Of a stretch of 33,954 bases of DNA, positions 17,405-27,237 are shown piece after piece. Source of the DNA: an uncultured Methanoregulaceae archaeon (lineage in GTDB: Archaea; Halobacteriota; Methanomicrobia; Methanomicrobiales; Methanospirillaceae). The position numbers and the translations under genes were made by a program. The stretch covers positions 1 to 33,954 of the forward strand of contig CAZGXZ010000002.1 in assembly GCA_964530035.1 (NCBI GenBank), given 5' to 3'. Each line of letters starts with the position of its first letter. Position 1 is the stretch's first letter. The notes under the pieces were generated by a model that was not told where the DNA came from, did no database searches, and saw only the letters and a list, made by a program, of their open reading frames with translations.

Positions 17405-17550
17405 GGAAAGTATTCTCCGGCATTCAGACCGCCGGTTTGCGATTATGAGGGTATCATAAACCAGCTGATGCTCTCCTGATCATTCGCATGCGGGGATAAT
17501 AATCGTGGGGGATCCCCCTCATGGCAGGGTATCATTATCCACTCCTTCAG

Positions 17551-17895
17551 TTACCTGGGCGGCTTTTCGGGCAGTCCCGCACTTCTCCGGGAAATACGGT
17601 CCAATACCTCCATTATCATCTCGCGGACACCCTCACCTTCACCCCTGAACATGGTTTTCAGTGGCGCGATGGGCCGGGCATCGCCAATTTCTCCGAGGCC
17701 CCAGGCTGCCTTCTGTCTCACCCTCCAGTCAGGGTCATTGAGGGCAGATATGAGGAGGTCCATGGCTGCATTGCCCCCAAGACGGGTGAGGGCCTCCACC
17801 GCCCGCCACCGCCTGCTCACATCTTCGCTCCCGAGCTGCGATTCATAGTAATCAAGCCTTTCCCGGAATCCGGGATCACCTGCGGGAGAGTCCAT
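17551..17895 (-). CDS. Small HEAT-repeat (PBS-lyase-like) protein
   Basis: RWRAVEALTRLG and LNDPDWRVRQKAAWGLGEIGDARPIAPL repeats. Confidence 0.8.
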   Translation of the reverse strand: MDSPAGDPGFRERLDYYESQLGSEDVSRRWRAVEALTRLGGNAAMDLLISALNDPDWRVRQKAAWGLGEIGDARPIAPLKTMFRGEGEGVREMIMEVLDRISRRSAGLPEKPPR

Positions 17896-17976
17896 CAGGG
17901 ATTCGTATTCTCACCAGGCCATTATAATTCCTGAGGGGGAACAATGCCATAACCCTTCACCGTCAACCATCAGTAC

Positions 17977-18543
17977 ATGCAGAAAGTTGTCCTGCTCTGT
18001 GGCAGTCCGCGCCCCGAGGGAAACACCGCACAGGTAATCGGGGAGTGCGCACGGATAATCAGGGATGCCGGTCTCGAAACCGAGGTCATCTCCTTTGCAG
18101 ACAAGCAGATCCAGTCATGTATCGCCTGTTACAAGTGCAAGGGCACGGGCAGGTGTGTACTTGAGGATGGGCTGAACGAGATGATTGATTCCATCAGGAG
18201 TGCGCAGGGCCTCATTGTAGCATCCCCGGTCTACTTCGGTACGGCACGGGGTGATGTCATGTCCGCACTCCAGCGCATCGGGATGGTTTCCAGGTCGAAT
18301 GACGGTTTTCTGGCAGGAATGGTCGGTGGTCCGATCGCAATCGCCCGCCGCGGCGGACATACCGCAACCATCCAGGAAATGCTCATGTTCTACCTTATCA
18401 ACGAGATGATCGTAACCGGTTCAACCTACTGGAACATCGTTTTCGGTCTTGCACCGGGCGAGGCATGGAAAGACGATGAGGGCATAGCTACTATCAGGAT
18501 CTTCGCCGGAAATGTTGCTGAGCTTGTCAGGAAACTGAACTGA
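17977..18543 (+). CDS. Iron-sulfur flavoprotein (Isf-like; flavodoxin / NADPH-dependent FMN reductase fold)
   Basis: GSPRPEGNT FMN loop; compact CxxCxxCx5C motif (CIACYKCKGTGRC); ASPVYFG; RRGG. Confidence 0.9.
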   Translation: MQKVVLLCGSPRPEGNTAQVIGECARIIRDAGLETEVISFADKQIQSCIACYKCKGTGRCVLEDGLNEMIDSIRSAQGLIVASPVYFGTARGDVMSALQRIGMVSRSNDGFLAGMVGGPIAIARRGGHTATIQEMLMFYLINEMIVTGSTYWNIVFGLAPGEAWKDDEGIATIRIFAGNVAELVRKLN

Positions 18544-18567
18544 TGGCCCTGGGGAGGCCTTTTTCAC

Positions 18568-19554
18568 ATGCCAGACACGGTCATATCCGTCAACGGGCTT
18601 GTCCACCGTTATGGCGTTACCGAGGCGGTCCGGAATATCAGCTTTGGTATTGCCGAAGGTGAGATTTTTTCATTTCTTGGGCCGAACGGGGCCGGAAAAA
18701 GTACCGTCATCAATATCCTGACGACACTGCTGCCGGTACAGGAAGGGTATGCCACTATCGCAGGCTTTGATGTCATGCTCAACCCGGCAGAGGTACGGAG
18801 GAGGATCGGGATAGTGTTCCAGGAGGTGACCCTCGACCGGGACATGACCGTTTCAGAAACGCTGGCATTCCATGGGATGCTGTACAACATGCCCCGTGAA
18901 GTGATGAAATCCAGGATACAGGAACTGATCGGAATCGTGGAGTTGTCCGGGAAACGGGACACTCTGACAAAACATCTGTCAGGGGGTATGAAACGCCGGC
19001 TTGAAATCGCCCGCGGCCTCATGACACGGCCCAGGGTACTATTCCTGGACGAACCCACCATCGGCCTTGACCCCCAGACCAGGATGCGGATCTGGGATTA
19101 TATCCGCCAGATTAACCGGGAAGGGACCACTATCTTTCTGACCACCCATTACATGGATGAGGCTGACCAGCTGTCCGACCGGATTGGCATCATTGACCAC
19201 GGGCGGATTATCACCGCAGGAAAGCCAATAGACCTGAAGAATGCCCTCGGCCAGGATGTGATCTACCTCGAAACAACCGACAATGCCGCAGCAATACGCA
19301 TGGGTGCCACTCAAAACGCGATTATTTCCAGTGAACAAAAGAAAAACGGCGTTCTTTTTACCGTCAGCGAAGACGGTACCCGCATCCTTCCGCGGATAAT
19401 CGATCTCCTTCGAAACAACGGTATCGGCGTCCTGACAATCAACATGAAAAAACCGTCCATGGACGACGTCTTCGTGCACCATACGGGAAGGGAGATCAGG
19501 GACGCCGGGCCGGACAGGTTACCTGGCCTTAAGGCCGGGACCGGGCGGAGGTGA
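18568..19554 (+). CDS. ABC exporter ATP-binding subunit (DrrA-like)
   Basis: Walker A GPNGAGKST, signature LSGGMKRR, Walker B LFLDEPT, TTHYMDEA. Confidence 0.95.
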   Translation: MPDTVISVNGLVHRYGVTEAVRNISFGIAEGEIFSFLGPNGAGKSTVINILTTLLPVQEGYATIAGFDVMLNPAEVRRRIGIVFQEVTLDRDMTVSETLAFHGMLYNMPREVMKSRIQELIGIVELSGKRDTLTKHLSGGMKRRLEIARGLMTRPRVLFLDEPTIGLDPQTRMRIWDYIRQINREGTTIFLTTHYMDEADQLSDRIGIIDHGRIITAGKPIDLKNALGQDVIYLETTDNAAAIRMGATQNAIISSEQKKNGVLFTVSEDGTRILPRIIDLLRNNGIGVLTINMKKPSMDDVFVHHTGREIRDAGPDRLPGLKAGTGRR

Positions 19555-19557
19555 CCC

Positions 19558-20397
19558 GTGGGGACTCCCGGGTTCATGGTGATTTTCTGGCGGGACATGC
19601 TCCGTTTCGTTCGTTTTCGTACGCTGCTCTTTTCTTCGCTGGTCCAGCCGGCACTCTGGATGGCTTTTTTCGGGATAGCGATGTCTGCCAGTTTCAACCT
19701 CCTCACTGCAGAAATCCCGGTGCCGCCCGGACTCAATGGAGTTAATTATCTTACGTTCATGAGTGCCGGGGTTATCGCGATGACCACCCTGTTCACAAGT
19801 CTGTACGGGGGCATAACCCTCCTGTTCGACAAAAACTGGGGCCTTCTCAGGGAAGTATTTGCGAGTCCTTTGAGACGTGCGGATATCATTATTGGAATAG
19901 GCCTTTCGGTCGTCGTGAAGTCCGTGCTTCAGGCGTTGATCATCCTTGGTTTCGGGATACTCCTTGGGGTCCAGTACTTCCCCGGGTACTCACCGTCCGG
20001 GGTCACGGTTGCCATGGCGGGCATTATCCTGTTCGTGACGGTCTTTGCACTTGGGTTTGTCTTTCTGTCCTCCGCAATATCCATCTCCATGGAAAGCCCG
20101 GAAGGTCTCCAGGGTGTCATCACCCTGCTCACGATGCCCATTTTCTTCGCATCAAACGCCCTCTATCCCATCGAGGCATTTCCTGATGTCCTGAAAGCCA
20201 TATCCGCATGCAATCCTCTTACCTTGCTGGTGAACGGCATTCGGTATTTTGCCATCGGGGATTCGTTCTTTGCTCTCGGGAGGACGTACACCTACGGGGC
20301 CCCGGAAGTCATCACCTCGCTTGCAGGTCTCGTGGTTTTTGCCGCACTAATGTTCTTCATCGCCCTCTGGAGGTTCAGACGTGCAGTTGTCACCTGA
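19558..20397 (+). CDS. ABC-2 type exporter permease
   Basis: About six transmembrane segments; YLTFMSAGV, FFASNALYP and NPLT motifs; directly follows the ATPase gene. Confidence 0.93.
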   Translation: MGTPGFMVIFWRDMLRFVRFRTLLFSSLVQPALWMAFFGIAMSASFNLLTAEIPVPPGLNGVNYLTFMSAGVIAMTTLFTSLYGGITLLFDKNWGLLREVFASPLRRADIIIGIGLSVVVKSVLQALIILGFGILLGVQYFPGYSPSGVTVAMAGIILFVTVFALGFVFLSSAISISMESPEGLQGVITLLTMPIFFASNALYPIEAFPDVLKAISACNPLTLLVNGIRYFAIGDSFFALGRTYTYGAPEVITSLAGLVVFAALMFFIALWRFRRAVVT

Positions 20398-22515
20398 AGG
20401 AACGGCACTTACGCGGGCATTCCTGAACCATTCCATCACAGAAGGGACCAGATAGTAGTCTGAAAAGACCATTTTTTCGAACTGGTCCTCGGTGAGCATC
20501 CCGGCGAATTTCCAGGTCTTCCGTGCAGGTGCCGGAAGCCTTCGGGACAGTTCGTCAGGAGGAAGAGAACAGGCACGTGAAACTGCCATGGCTACCGACT
20601 CTGCCGTTTCGCCTTTTCGCACGCGAGGAATATTGACAGAAGTATCATCATACCCGATCCTGTATGACGCCGGGAGTTCATCCCTGATCAGAAGTGAAAG
20701 CAGACGGTTCGCTTCTCCCCCCGCAAAGGTCACGATCCTGGCGGCCCGGCCTTTTGGACCATTATATACTCTGCACACAATCCTATCCGGACCTGACCCC
20801 GGCGGATAGTCCAGTATCGCCGAGTCGAGGGCATCGCTCTCGGATTTCCCCAGCTTAACCACCGTCCCGCCCCGTTCCGCAATACGCCCCATGGAGCGTG
20901 TGACAAGCGGGGAAAGCCAGCCCCGCCCACCTGACCAGAACACTCCGCCCATGGAGCCGTCCCCGGGCCCAAGGACCACGACCTTGCGGGTATCATCCGT
21001 CCCGAGGACCTCCCAGCCAGCCCCGCCAAGGGGGAACGTGCCCCTCTTTTTTCCGGCGGCTACAAAGCGGGCATCAAGTGTCCCCACCACATCACCATCG
21101 GGGGTGACTGCCCGGTAACTCTCGCCACCTGTGATCAGCGAGAAGATCTCCTTCCAGTTTGCCTTTCCAAACTCCTCCTCGGCCAGCCTCCCAGGCATCA
21201 GGAGATCCCCATCTGATGAAAAGTATCCGAGGAAGACAGCATGGGATACCAGCTTCCTCACTTCGTCCTGACCAATCATTGAAAACACGGGGAGGGACGC
21301 CACCTCGCGTATGATCCGTTCCCCCGGTACTCTCCTTCCCCTGATTACAGACAGGAGGAGCTGTTGGGCGATGGCAGGGTATGGATATGCGGGAGGAGAT
21401 AACGGTTCTGCCTCCCTGCGCTCTGCAGATTCCAGTATTGCCACGCTCACGAGGAGTTCATGCGGGTCCCTGACTACGAATGCCGTTGTAGCCGGCTTTC
21501 CCCGTCGCCCTGTTCGCCCCAGGCGCTGCAGAAAGGAGGCGACCGTCTGGGGAGGACCGACCTGGACCACGGTATCGAGCGCACCGAGGTCAATCCCAAG
21601 TTCGAGGGTTGACGTGCATATGATGCACGCGGAACCCTCCCCGTTCATAGCTTCTTCAGAAGCCCTTCGCTTCGCCGGTGAGAGTGAGGAGTGGTGCACG
21701 GACACGTGGGACGCCGCACCGGTCAGGCCACGGAAGAGTGTCTCTGCGAGGCTCCGGCTGTTGACGAAGATAAGCGATTTTTTACCTGATACAACCCTCT
21801 GGATCACCTGGAGACGGGTTTCAGGGTCTGCCGCGATGAAAAAACGGACATGTTTTTCCTTTGGGACGGAGGGAATGTGGACAAGCGCCCTTTCCTCCCT
21901 CCCCCCGGCAATCCAGGCAAGGATCTCTTCAGGGTTCCCTACGGTTGCAGAAAGGGCAATCCTCTGGACATGCCTGCATACCTTCTGGTCTATCCTGTCA
22001 AGGAGCGCTATCATCTGGACTCCCCGTGAGGATTCAACAAAGGCATGGGCCTCGTCTATTATGACCGCCTGGAGACCGGAAAGGTCTTCCGCTGCTCCCT
22101 CGTCCTGGAGGAGGACCGACAATGACTCGGGGGTCGTCATGAGGACGTCGGGGGGTTCATCCTTATTCCAGGTCCTCTCGGCACGGGGGATATCGCCATG
22201 CCATGCCGAGACAACCAGGCCGGAAGGACTGCAAAAATCCGTGAACCGTTCCATCTGGTCATTGATAAGGGCTTTGAGAGGAGCGAGGTACAGGCAGCAG
22301 ATACCCCCTGAGCCGGTTTTCATAAGCCGGTCGATAACCGGGATGAGGGCGGCCTCGGTCTTGCCCCCTGCCGTCGGGGCGATGACAAGGACATCATACC
22401 CCTTCCCGACCGCACGGTATGCCTCTTCCTGCACTGGGCGTAGCGAGTCCCACCCGAGGCGCTCCATGAGGATACCCTGGAGGGTTTCATGCAGGTGTGA
22501 GAATACCGCGGCCAT
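20347..22515 (-). CDS. Lhr-like SF2 DEAH-box helicase
   Basis: APTAGGKTEAA, PLKALIND, TTPESL, IIDEAH, SATVGN, HHSSLS, TSTLELGIDLG, QRLGRTGRR. Overlaps the convergent permease gene by 51 bp. Confidence 0.92.
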   Translation of the reverse strand: MAAVFSHLHETLQGILMERLGWDSLRPVQEEAYRAVGKGYDVLVIAPTAGGKTEAALIPVIDRLMKTGSGGICCLYLAPLKALINDQMERFTDFCSPSGLVVSAWHGDIPRAERTWNKDEPPDVLMTTPESLSVLLQDEGAAEDLSGLQAVIIDEAHAFVESSRGVQMIALLDRIDQKVCRHVQRIALSATVGNPEEILAWIAGGREERALVHIPSVPKEKHVRFFIAADPETRLQVIQRVVSGKKSLIFVNSRSLAETLFRGLTGAASHVSVHHSSLSPAKRRASEEAMNGEGSACIICTSTLELGIDLGALDTVVQVGPPQTVASFLQRLGRTGRRGKPATTAFVVRDPHELLVSVAILESAERREAEPLSPPAYPYPAIAQQLLLSVIRGRRVPGERIIREVASLPVFSMIGQDEVRKLVSHAVFLGYFSSDGDLLMPGRLAEEEFGKANWKEIFSLITGGESYRAVTPDGDVVGTLDARFVAAGKKRGTFPLGGAGWEVLGTDDTRKVVVLGPGDGSMGGVFWSGGRGWLSPLVTRSMGRIAERGGTVVKLGKSESDALDSAILDYPPGSGPDRIVCRVYNGPKGRAARIVTFAGGEANRLLSLLIRDELPASYRIGYDDTSVNIPRVRKGETAESVAMAVSRACSLPPDELSRRLPAPARKTWKFAGMLTEDQFEKMVFSDYYLVPSVMEWFRNARVSAVPSGDNCTSEPPEGDEEH

Positions 22516-22588
22516 TGTATCTCATGTTGGTCCCGTCCCGGTAATCCTTCTTGCGGCATGGTGCAGGAGGTCAGGGACGCAAACAGTC

Positions 22589-22596
22589 TTAAATAT
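22589..22596 (+). promoter_or_regulatory. Putative TATA box for the symporter operon leader (may also serve the divergent helicase)
   Basis: TTAAATAT preceded by a BRE-like CGCAAA; predicts a start near 22618-22622. Confidence 0.45.
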
Positions 22597-22627
22597 CCCC
22601 GTATCAAAAATAATTTCGGGTAATCCT

Positions 22628-22702
22628 ATGCCGGTACGACAAGACCGGTGGAGCAGCACCGCTCCAAGTGTATCGGTGTTTTTTTTCTTCCTCTTTAGGT
22701 AG
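22628..22702 (+). other. Candidate upstream ORF / leader peptide MPVRQDRWSSTAPSVSVFFFFLFR
   Basis: ATG 22628 to TAG 22702, starting just after the predicted transcription start; five of the last seven codons are Phe. Translation is unproven. Confidence 0.35.
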
Positions 22703-22767
22703 GGGACCGGTTTTTGACCGGGTTCCCCTGACAGGAGCCTGTTCCGGAGGTTACCGGAGGTTTTTCC

Positions 22768-22890
22768 ATGCTCGGAATTTCTGATCCACAAATCATTCTC
22801 GGCTATGCCCTTGCCATCGGGCTCGCAATAGCCTGTGTTGTCTACGGATATATCACGAGAAACGAGGGAGCTGATCCCAGTGGCCGTTGA
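22768..22890 (+). CDS. Symporter small accessory membrane protein, 40 aa (below the ORF-track cutoff)
   Basis: MLGISDPQIILGYALAIGLAIACVVYGYITRNEGADPSGR; GGAGG RBS at 22756-22760; the MLGI.DP...CVVYG pattern is typical of small proteins preceding SSS transporters; overlaps the symporter start. Confidence 0.85.
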   Translation: MLGISDPQIILGYALAIGLAIACVVYGYITRNEGADPSGR

Positions 22891-24451
22891 TACCGTTGTC
22901 CTCACCATCGCCACGATCATTTACATCATTATCACGATAGCCCTCGGATATGCAGGGTACAAGAAGACAAAAGGCGCGGAGGACTACCTTGTAGCCGGGC
23001 GGTGCAGCCACCCGGTTGTCATCGCTTTAAGCTATGGGGCGACCTTCATCTCGACCTCGGCAATCGTCGGGTTCGGGGGGGCGGCTGCAAGCCTGGGAAT
23101 GGGACTCATCTGGCTTACGGTTTTCAATATTGGCGTCGGCATCCTCATCGCCTTCGTTGTCTTCGGCAGAAAGACCAGGGAGATTGGGCTGAAACTGAGG
23201 GCAATTACCTTCCCCGACCTGATGTGCAAGATCTACCGGTCACCGCTCCTGCAATATATCAGCGGATTTATCATCCTGGTCGGGATGCCCCTCTATACCG
23301 CGGCAATCCTCATAGGTGGTGCACGCTTCCTTGAACCGACCCTTGGTATTTCGTATACTTATTGCCTGCTCCTGTTTGCCGCGATTGTCGCGGTATACGT
23401 GATGTACGGTGGCCTTATTGCGGTAATGTACACAGACGCATTCCAGGGGGCCATCATGCTCGTCGGGATGGCCCTTCTGCTCGTCCTCACCTATGCCCTG
23501 CTCGGCGGAGTAACTGCTGCAAACAACGCCCTCACCACCATGTCAGATCTGGTACCTGCCGCACTTGCATCACAGGGAATGACTGGATGGACCTCCATGC
23601 CGGTCCTTGGCTCGCCGATATGGTTCAACCTGGTCACGACCCTCGTGCTCGGCGTCGGCATCGGTGTCCTGGCGCAGCCCCAGCTGGTCGTCCGTTTCAT
23701 GACCGCCAGCGATAACAAGTCCCTGAACCGTGCAGTGATGGTCGGGGGACCGTTCATCCTGATGATGACAGGGGTTGCCTTCACCGTCGGGGCACTTACC
23801 AATGTCTATTTCTATCAGACCTCGGGCCAGATATCAACCGTTGCCGCAGGAGGAAACATCGACGCCATCATTCCGCTCTTTATCAACAGCTCGATGCCTG
23901 GTCTCTTTGTTGTCATCTTCATGCTGACGCTTCTCGCCGCAGCAATGTCCACCCTGTCATCCCTCTACCATGCCATGGGCACGGCGCTCGTGTGTGACAT
24001 ATGGGGGCGTGGAAGGGCCTGTGCTTTGAGTATGACGGCAAACAAGGCGGGAGTCATCATCATGATGCTTGCAAGCCTCGCCCTGGCCTTCGTGCTCCCG
24101 GGAAGCATAATCGCGCGGGCAACCGCCATGTTCATGGGCCTGTGCGCCTCCGCATTCCTGCCGGCCTTCGCCGTGGGCGTCTACGCAAAACTGCCTTCCA
24201 CGCGGGCCGCCCTGGCGAGCATGCTCTCCGGCGCGGTTGTCTGGTTCCTGTGGACGGCCTTTGTCCACACGGCTGAGTCGAAACCTCTCGGGATCTCCCA
24301 GGCATTATTCGGCGTCCCCCAGGTCCTCGGGTATCCATGGAATGTTATCGACCCGATTGTCATCGCGCTTCCAGTCTCGACGATTGTCATGGTTGCGATG
24401 CAAAAACTGGCTTCTGAAAAACAAATATCAGAAACCTCATCCATTTCATAA
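22880..24451 (+). CDS. Sodium:solute symporter (SSS / PutP-like)
   Basis: DYLVAGR, SYGATFISTSAIVGFGG, GGLIAVMYTDAFQG, QPQLVVRF, LAAAMSTLSS; many transmembrane segments. Start moved to GTG 22880 (GGAG upstream). Confidence 0.93.
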   Translation: MAVDTVVLTIATIIYIIITIALGYAGYKKTKGAEDYLVAGRCSHPVVIALSYGATFISTSAIVGFGGAAASLGMGLIWLTVFNIGVGILIAFVVFGRKTREIGLKLRAITFPDLMCKIYRSPLLQYISGFIILVGMPLYTAAILIGGARFLEPTLGISYTYCLLLFAAIVAVYVMYGGLIAVMYTDAFQGAIMLVGMALLLVLTYALLGGVTAANNALTTMSDLVPAALASQGMTGWTSMPVLGSPIWFNLVTTLVLGVGIGVLAQPQLVVRFMTASDNKSLNRAVMVGGPFILMMTGVAFTVGALTNVYFYQTSGQISTVAAGGNIDAIIPLFINSSMPGLFVVIFMLTLLAAAMSTLSSLYHAMGTALVCDIWGRGRACALSMTANKAGVIIMMLASLALAFVLPGSIIARATAMFMGLCASAFLPAFAVGVYAKLPSTRAALASMLSGAVVWFLWTAFVHTAESKPLGISQALFGVPQVLGYPWNVIDPIVIALPVSTIVMVAMQKLASEKQISETSSIS

Positions 24452-24514
24452 TTTTTAAAAAAGGCGGTTATTGAGCCCGGACGGATGATTCCCGGGGGAT
24501 AGCAGGGTGCCCTT

Positions 24515-24931
24515 TCATCCCATCCGGAACGCCCTTTTTATTCGGTCGCGGAGCACATCTATCGGGCAGGCCCCGATCACCTTGTCCACGATTTTTCCCT
24601 GGGAGAAGAGAAAAATGCTTGGGATTGCAGAGATACCGAACTGCGATGCGAGCCTCTGACAGTGGTCGGTATTGCATTTTGCAAACGTGATCCTTCCTGC
24701 AAACTCCCGTGCGAGCTCTTCGACGACGGGTCCCACCATCCTGCACGGGCCACACCACTCTGCCCAGAAGTCCACGACAACCAGGGGATTTTGTGAAAGC
24801 AGTGCTGAAAAACTGCTTTCATCAACAGGGACAACTCCGGCGAAGGGTTTTTTCTCCGCGGGGCCTCCTTTCATTTTTTCTTCCATCTCCCTGAGCTTTT
24901 TCTCCCGTATCCTGGCCAGTTCCTCATCCAT
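24515..24931 (-). CDS. trxA: Thioredoxin with a charged N-terminal helix
   Basis: VVDFWAEWCGPCRM active site; FGISAIP cis-Pro motif. Confidence 0.93.
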   Translation of the reverse strand: MDEELARIREKKLREMEEKMKGGPAEKKPFAGVVPVDESSFSALLSQNPLVVVDFWAEWCGPCRMVGPVVEELAREFAGRITFAKCNTDHCQRLASQFGISAIPSIFLFSQGKIVDKVIGACPIDVLRDRIKRAFRMG

Positions 24932-25045
24932 AGGATTAGATAGCCCTCATGAATGATTAAGGGTCTACCGGCCCCGTCACTGAAAAAATCTTGCAGGCGA
25001 GGTAAACTATATCAATCAACGCAGCGAATTGATAAAACCTCAAGA

Positions 25046-25120
25046 AGCGAGGTGGGGTAGTCAGGATATCCCGACGGGCTCATAACCCGTAGATCGATGG
25101 TTCAAATCCATCCCTCGCTA
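25046..25120 (+). tRNA. Initiator tRNA-Met (CAT)
   Basis: Acceptor stem AGCGAGG/CCTCGCT with A1-U72; anticodon arm ACGGG-CTCATAA-CCCGT with three consecutive G-C pairs; T arm GATGG-TTCAAAT-CCATC; no intron; CCA not encoded. Confidence 0.96.
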
Positions 25121-25308
25121 TGCGGTTCTTAATGCTTAGATCACGACAGGTTTTTTGGCGCGCTTTTGCCATGAAACCCGTTTCCGGGTCATTGATGGGA
25201 TCCTGATGAACCATACCGTTACCCGTACGAGGCCCGGGTCCTGGTTGGCTTAATTTAATTGCAGATCCACAGGACTATTCTCGCTATCACAGGGAGAAAG
25301 AAAGAATG

Positions 25309-26742
25309 TCAGAGGTCTTCCTCCTCGGCAAAGGTGCCGAGATTTGTCTGGAAGGATCCGTCGACGAAGTTCACTGCCCTCGGCGTATCAACCTCGCCTT
25401 CGATCTGCACCGGGTAACAGCCGGTAAGACATCCGGTGCAAAGGTGTCCATGAGGCATGCCTATCGCCTCGACGAGGGCATCGATGCTGATATGGTGGAG
25501 GGTTGTCGCTGTAATGCTCTTCCTGACCTCGTTCTCAGCCTTGTTCGATGCGATCAGCTCCTCCCGGGTCGGCATGTCGACACCAAGATAGCAGGGTGCC
25601 TTGATTGCAGGTGACCCGATGCGCATATGGATCTCCCGCGCTCCTGATGACCTCATCAGCTCGATGATGCGACGTGAGGTCGTTCCCCGGACGATGCTGT
25701 CATCGACGAGGACGATTGATTTCCCCTCGAGATGTGAGCGTACCGGGTTGAGCTTGATCCGCACGGCCTGCTCGCGGGCCTTCTGGTTGGGCATGATGAA
25801 GGTCCTGCCCATGTACCGGTTTTTAATCAGGCATTCGACGAAGGGAATCCCTGATTCCTCGGCATAGCCAATGGTATAGGCAGTCCCTGAATCAGGGACC
25901 GGGGCGACGGAATCTGCGGTAACCGGGGCTTCTTGATACAGTTTGCGGCCGATCTTCCGCCTGACCTCGTATACCAGGGCCCCGTCTACTACGGCATCGG
26001 CCCTTGAAAAATAGATATATTCAAAAATGCAGTGCGCAGGGCAGTTCGCCACGGCGATCTGGGAACATGCAATTCCGTCTTCGGACACCTTTATGAGTTC
26101 CCCGGGCCGCACATCCCGGACGAGGGTTCCCCCGAGGGCATCCACCGCCACGGACTCCGAGGCGAGGATATATCCCGTCCTCGTCTTTCCAATGCAGAGC
26201 GGCTTGATGCCAAGCGGATCCCTGAAACTGTACAGGACCCCGTCGATAATCATGACGACGGAGTATGAACCTCGGAGACGGCGCATACACAGGTGGACTG
26301 CGTCCTCGACTGATGACCCACCGCGGATCTCATCGGTGAACACCTTGGCGATGACCTCGGTATCGGTGGACGACCAGAAAATCTGCCCACGCTGTTCGTA
26401 TTCCTCTCTTAGTTCCGTGTAATTGACGAGGTTTCCATTGTGGGCGATCGCAATATGGAGGTCCTGGAACTCAAATAAAAAAGGCTGGATATTTTCCGGA
26501 CGGTTCGTTCCGGTTGTCGGGTATCTGACATGCCCGACACCGCAACGCCCTTTCAACCGTCCGAGGGTCGGAGTATCAAAGACTTCTGCAACGAGCCCTT
26601 CCCCACGGTACTTATTGATAGTGGTTCCATCAAAGGTCGCGACACCTGCGCTTTCCTGTCCCCTGTGTTGAAGGGCGTACAGGGCGTAATAAAGAGAAAA
26701 TGAGACCTCGCCAGCATCAAGGATGCCAACGATACCACACAT
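25309..26742 (-). CDS. purF: Amidophosphoribosyltransferase
   Basis: N-terminal MCGIVG, QHRGQESAG, GHVRYPT, PRPP site VLVDDSIVRGTTS, Fe-S cysteines CTGCLTG. Confidence 0.98.
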   Translation of the reverse strand: MCGIVGILDAGEVSFSLYYALYALQHRGQESAGVATFDGTTINKYRGEGLVAEVFDTPTLGRLKGRCGVGHVRYPTTGTNRPENIQPFLFEFQDLHIAIAHNGNLVNYTELREEYEQRGQIFWSSTDTEVIAKVFTDEIRGGSSVEDAVHLCMRRLRGSYSVVMIIDGVLYSFRDPLGIKPLCIGKTRTGYILASESVAVDALGGTLVRDVRPGELIKVSEDGIACSQIAVANCPAHCIFEYIYFSRADAVVDGALVYEVRRKIGRKLYQEAPVTADSVAPVPDSGTAYTIGYAEESGIPFVECLIKNRYMGRTFIMPNQKAREQAVRIKLNPVRSHLEGKSIVLVDDSIVRGTTSRRIIELMRSSGAREIHMRIGSPAIKAPCYLGVDMPTREELIASNKAENEVRKSITATTLHHISIDALVEAIGMPHGHLCTGCLTGCYPVQIEGEVDTPRAVNFVDGSFQTNLGTFAEEEDL

Positions 26743-26751
26743 GGTCCGGCC

Positions 26752-26934
26752 TCAATGGGTTGGAATTTTTGGTCTCTTTGAGATCCAGTCGTAGTGACGG
26801 AGCCGGCTGCTTCTTCCGAAGCCGCAGGCAGAACAGACTTTGTGGCGGGCATGGAACGAGATCCTTCCGCACCTTCGGCAAGCGATGTGAGTATGCTTGT
26901 TCCGCTTGCCCATCGAGGGAGTTCCTTTCGACAT
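26752..26934 (-). CDS. rpl37e: 50S ribosomal protein L37e
   Basis: [23 protein letters not shown]...CSACGFG zinc ribbon. Confidence 0.97.
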   Translation of the reverse strand: MSKGTPSMGKRNKHTHIACRRCGRISFHARHKVCSACGFGRSSRLRHYDWISKRPKIPTH

Positions 26935-26949
26935 CCTAGTTCACCTCTA

Positions 26950-27237
<288 letters not shown>

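Noticed and set aside
21311..22702. 463-aa plus-strand ORF
   Set aside because: Antisense shadow of the Lhr-like helicase with no recognisable motifs; only its last 24 codons are kept as a candidate uORF.
25046..25308. Integrated element at tRNA-iMet
   Set aside because: No integrase, no duplicated tRNA 3' end seen, and housekeeping genes flank both sides.
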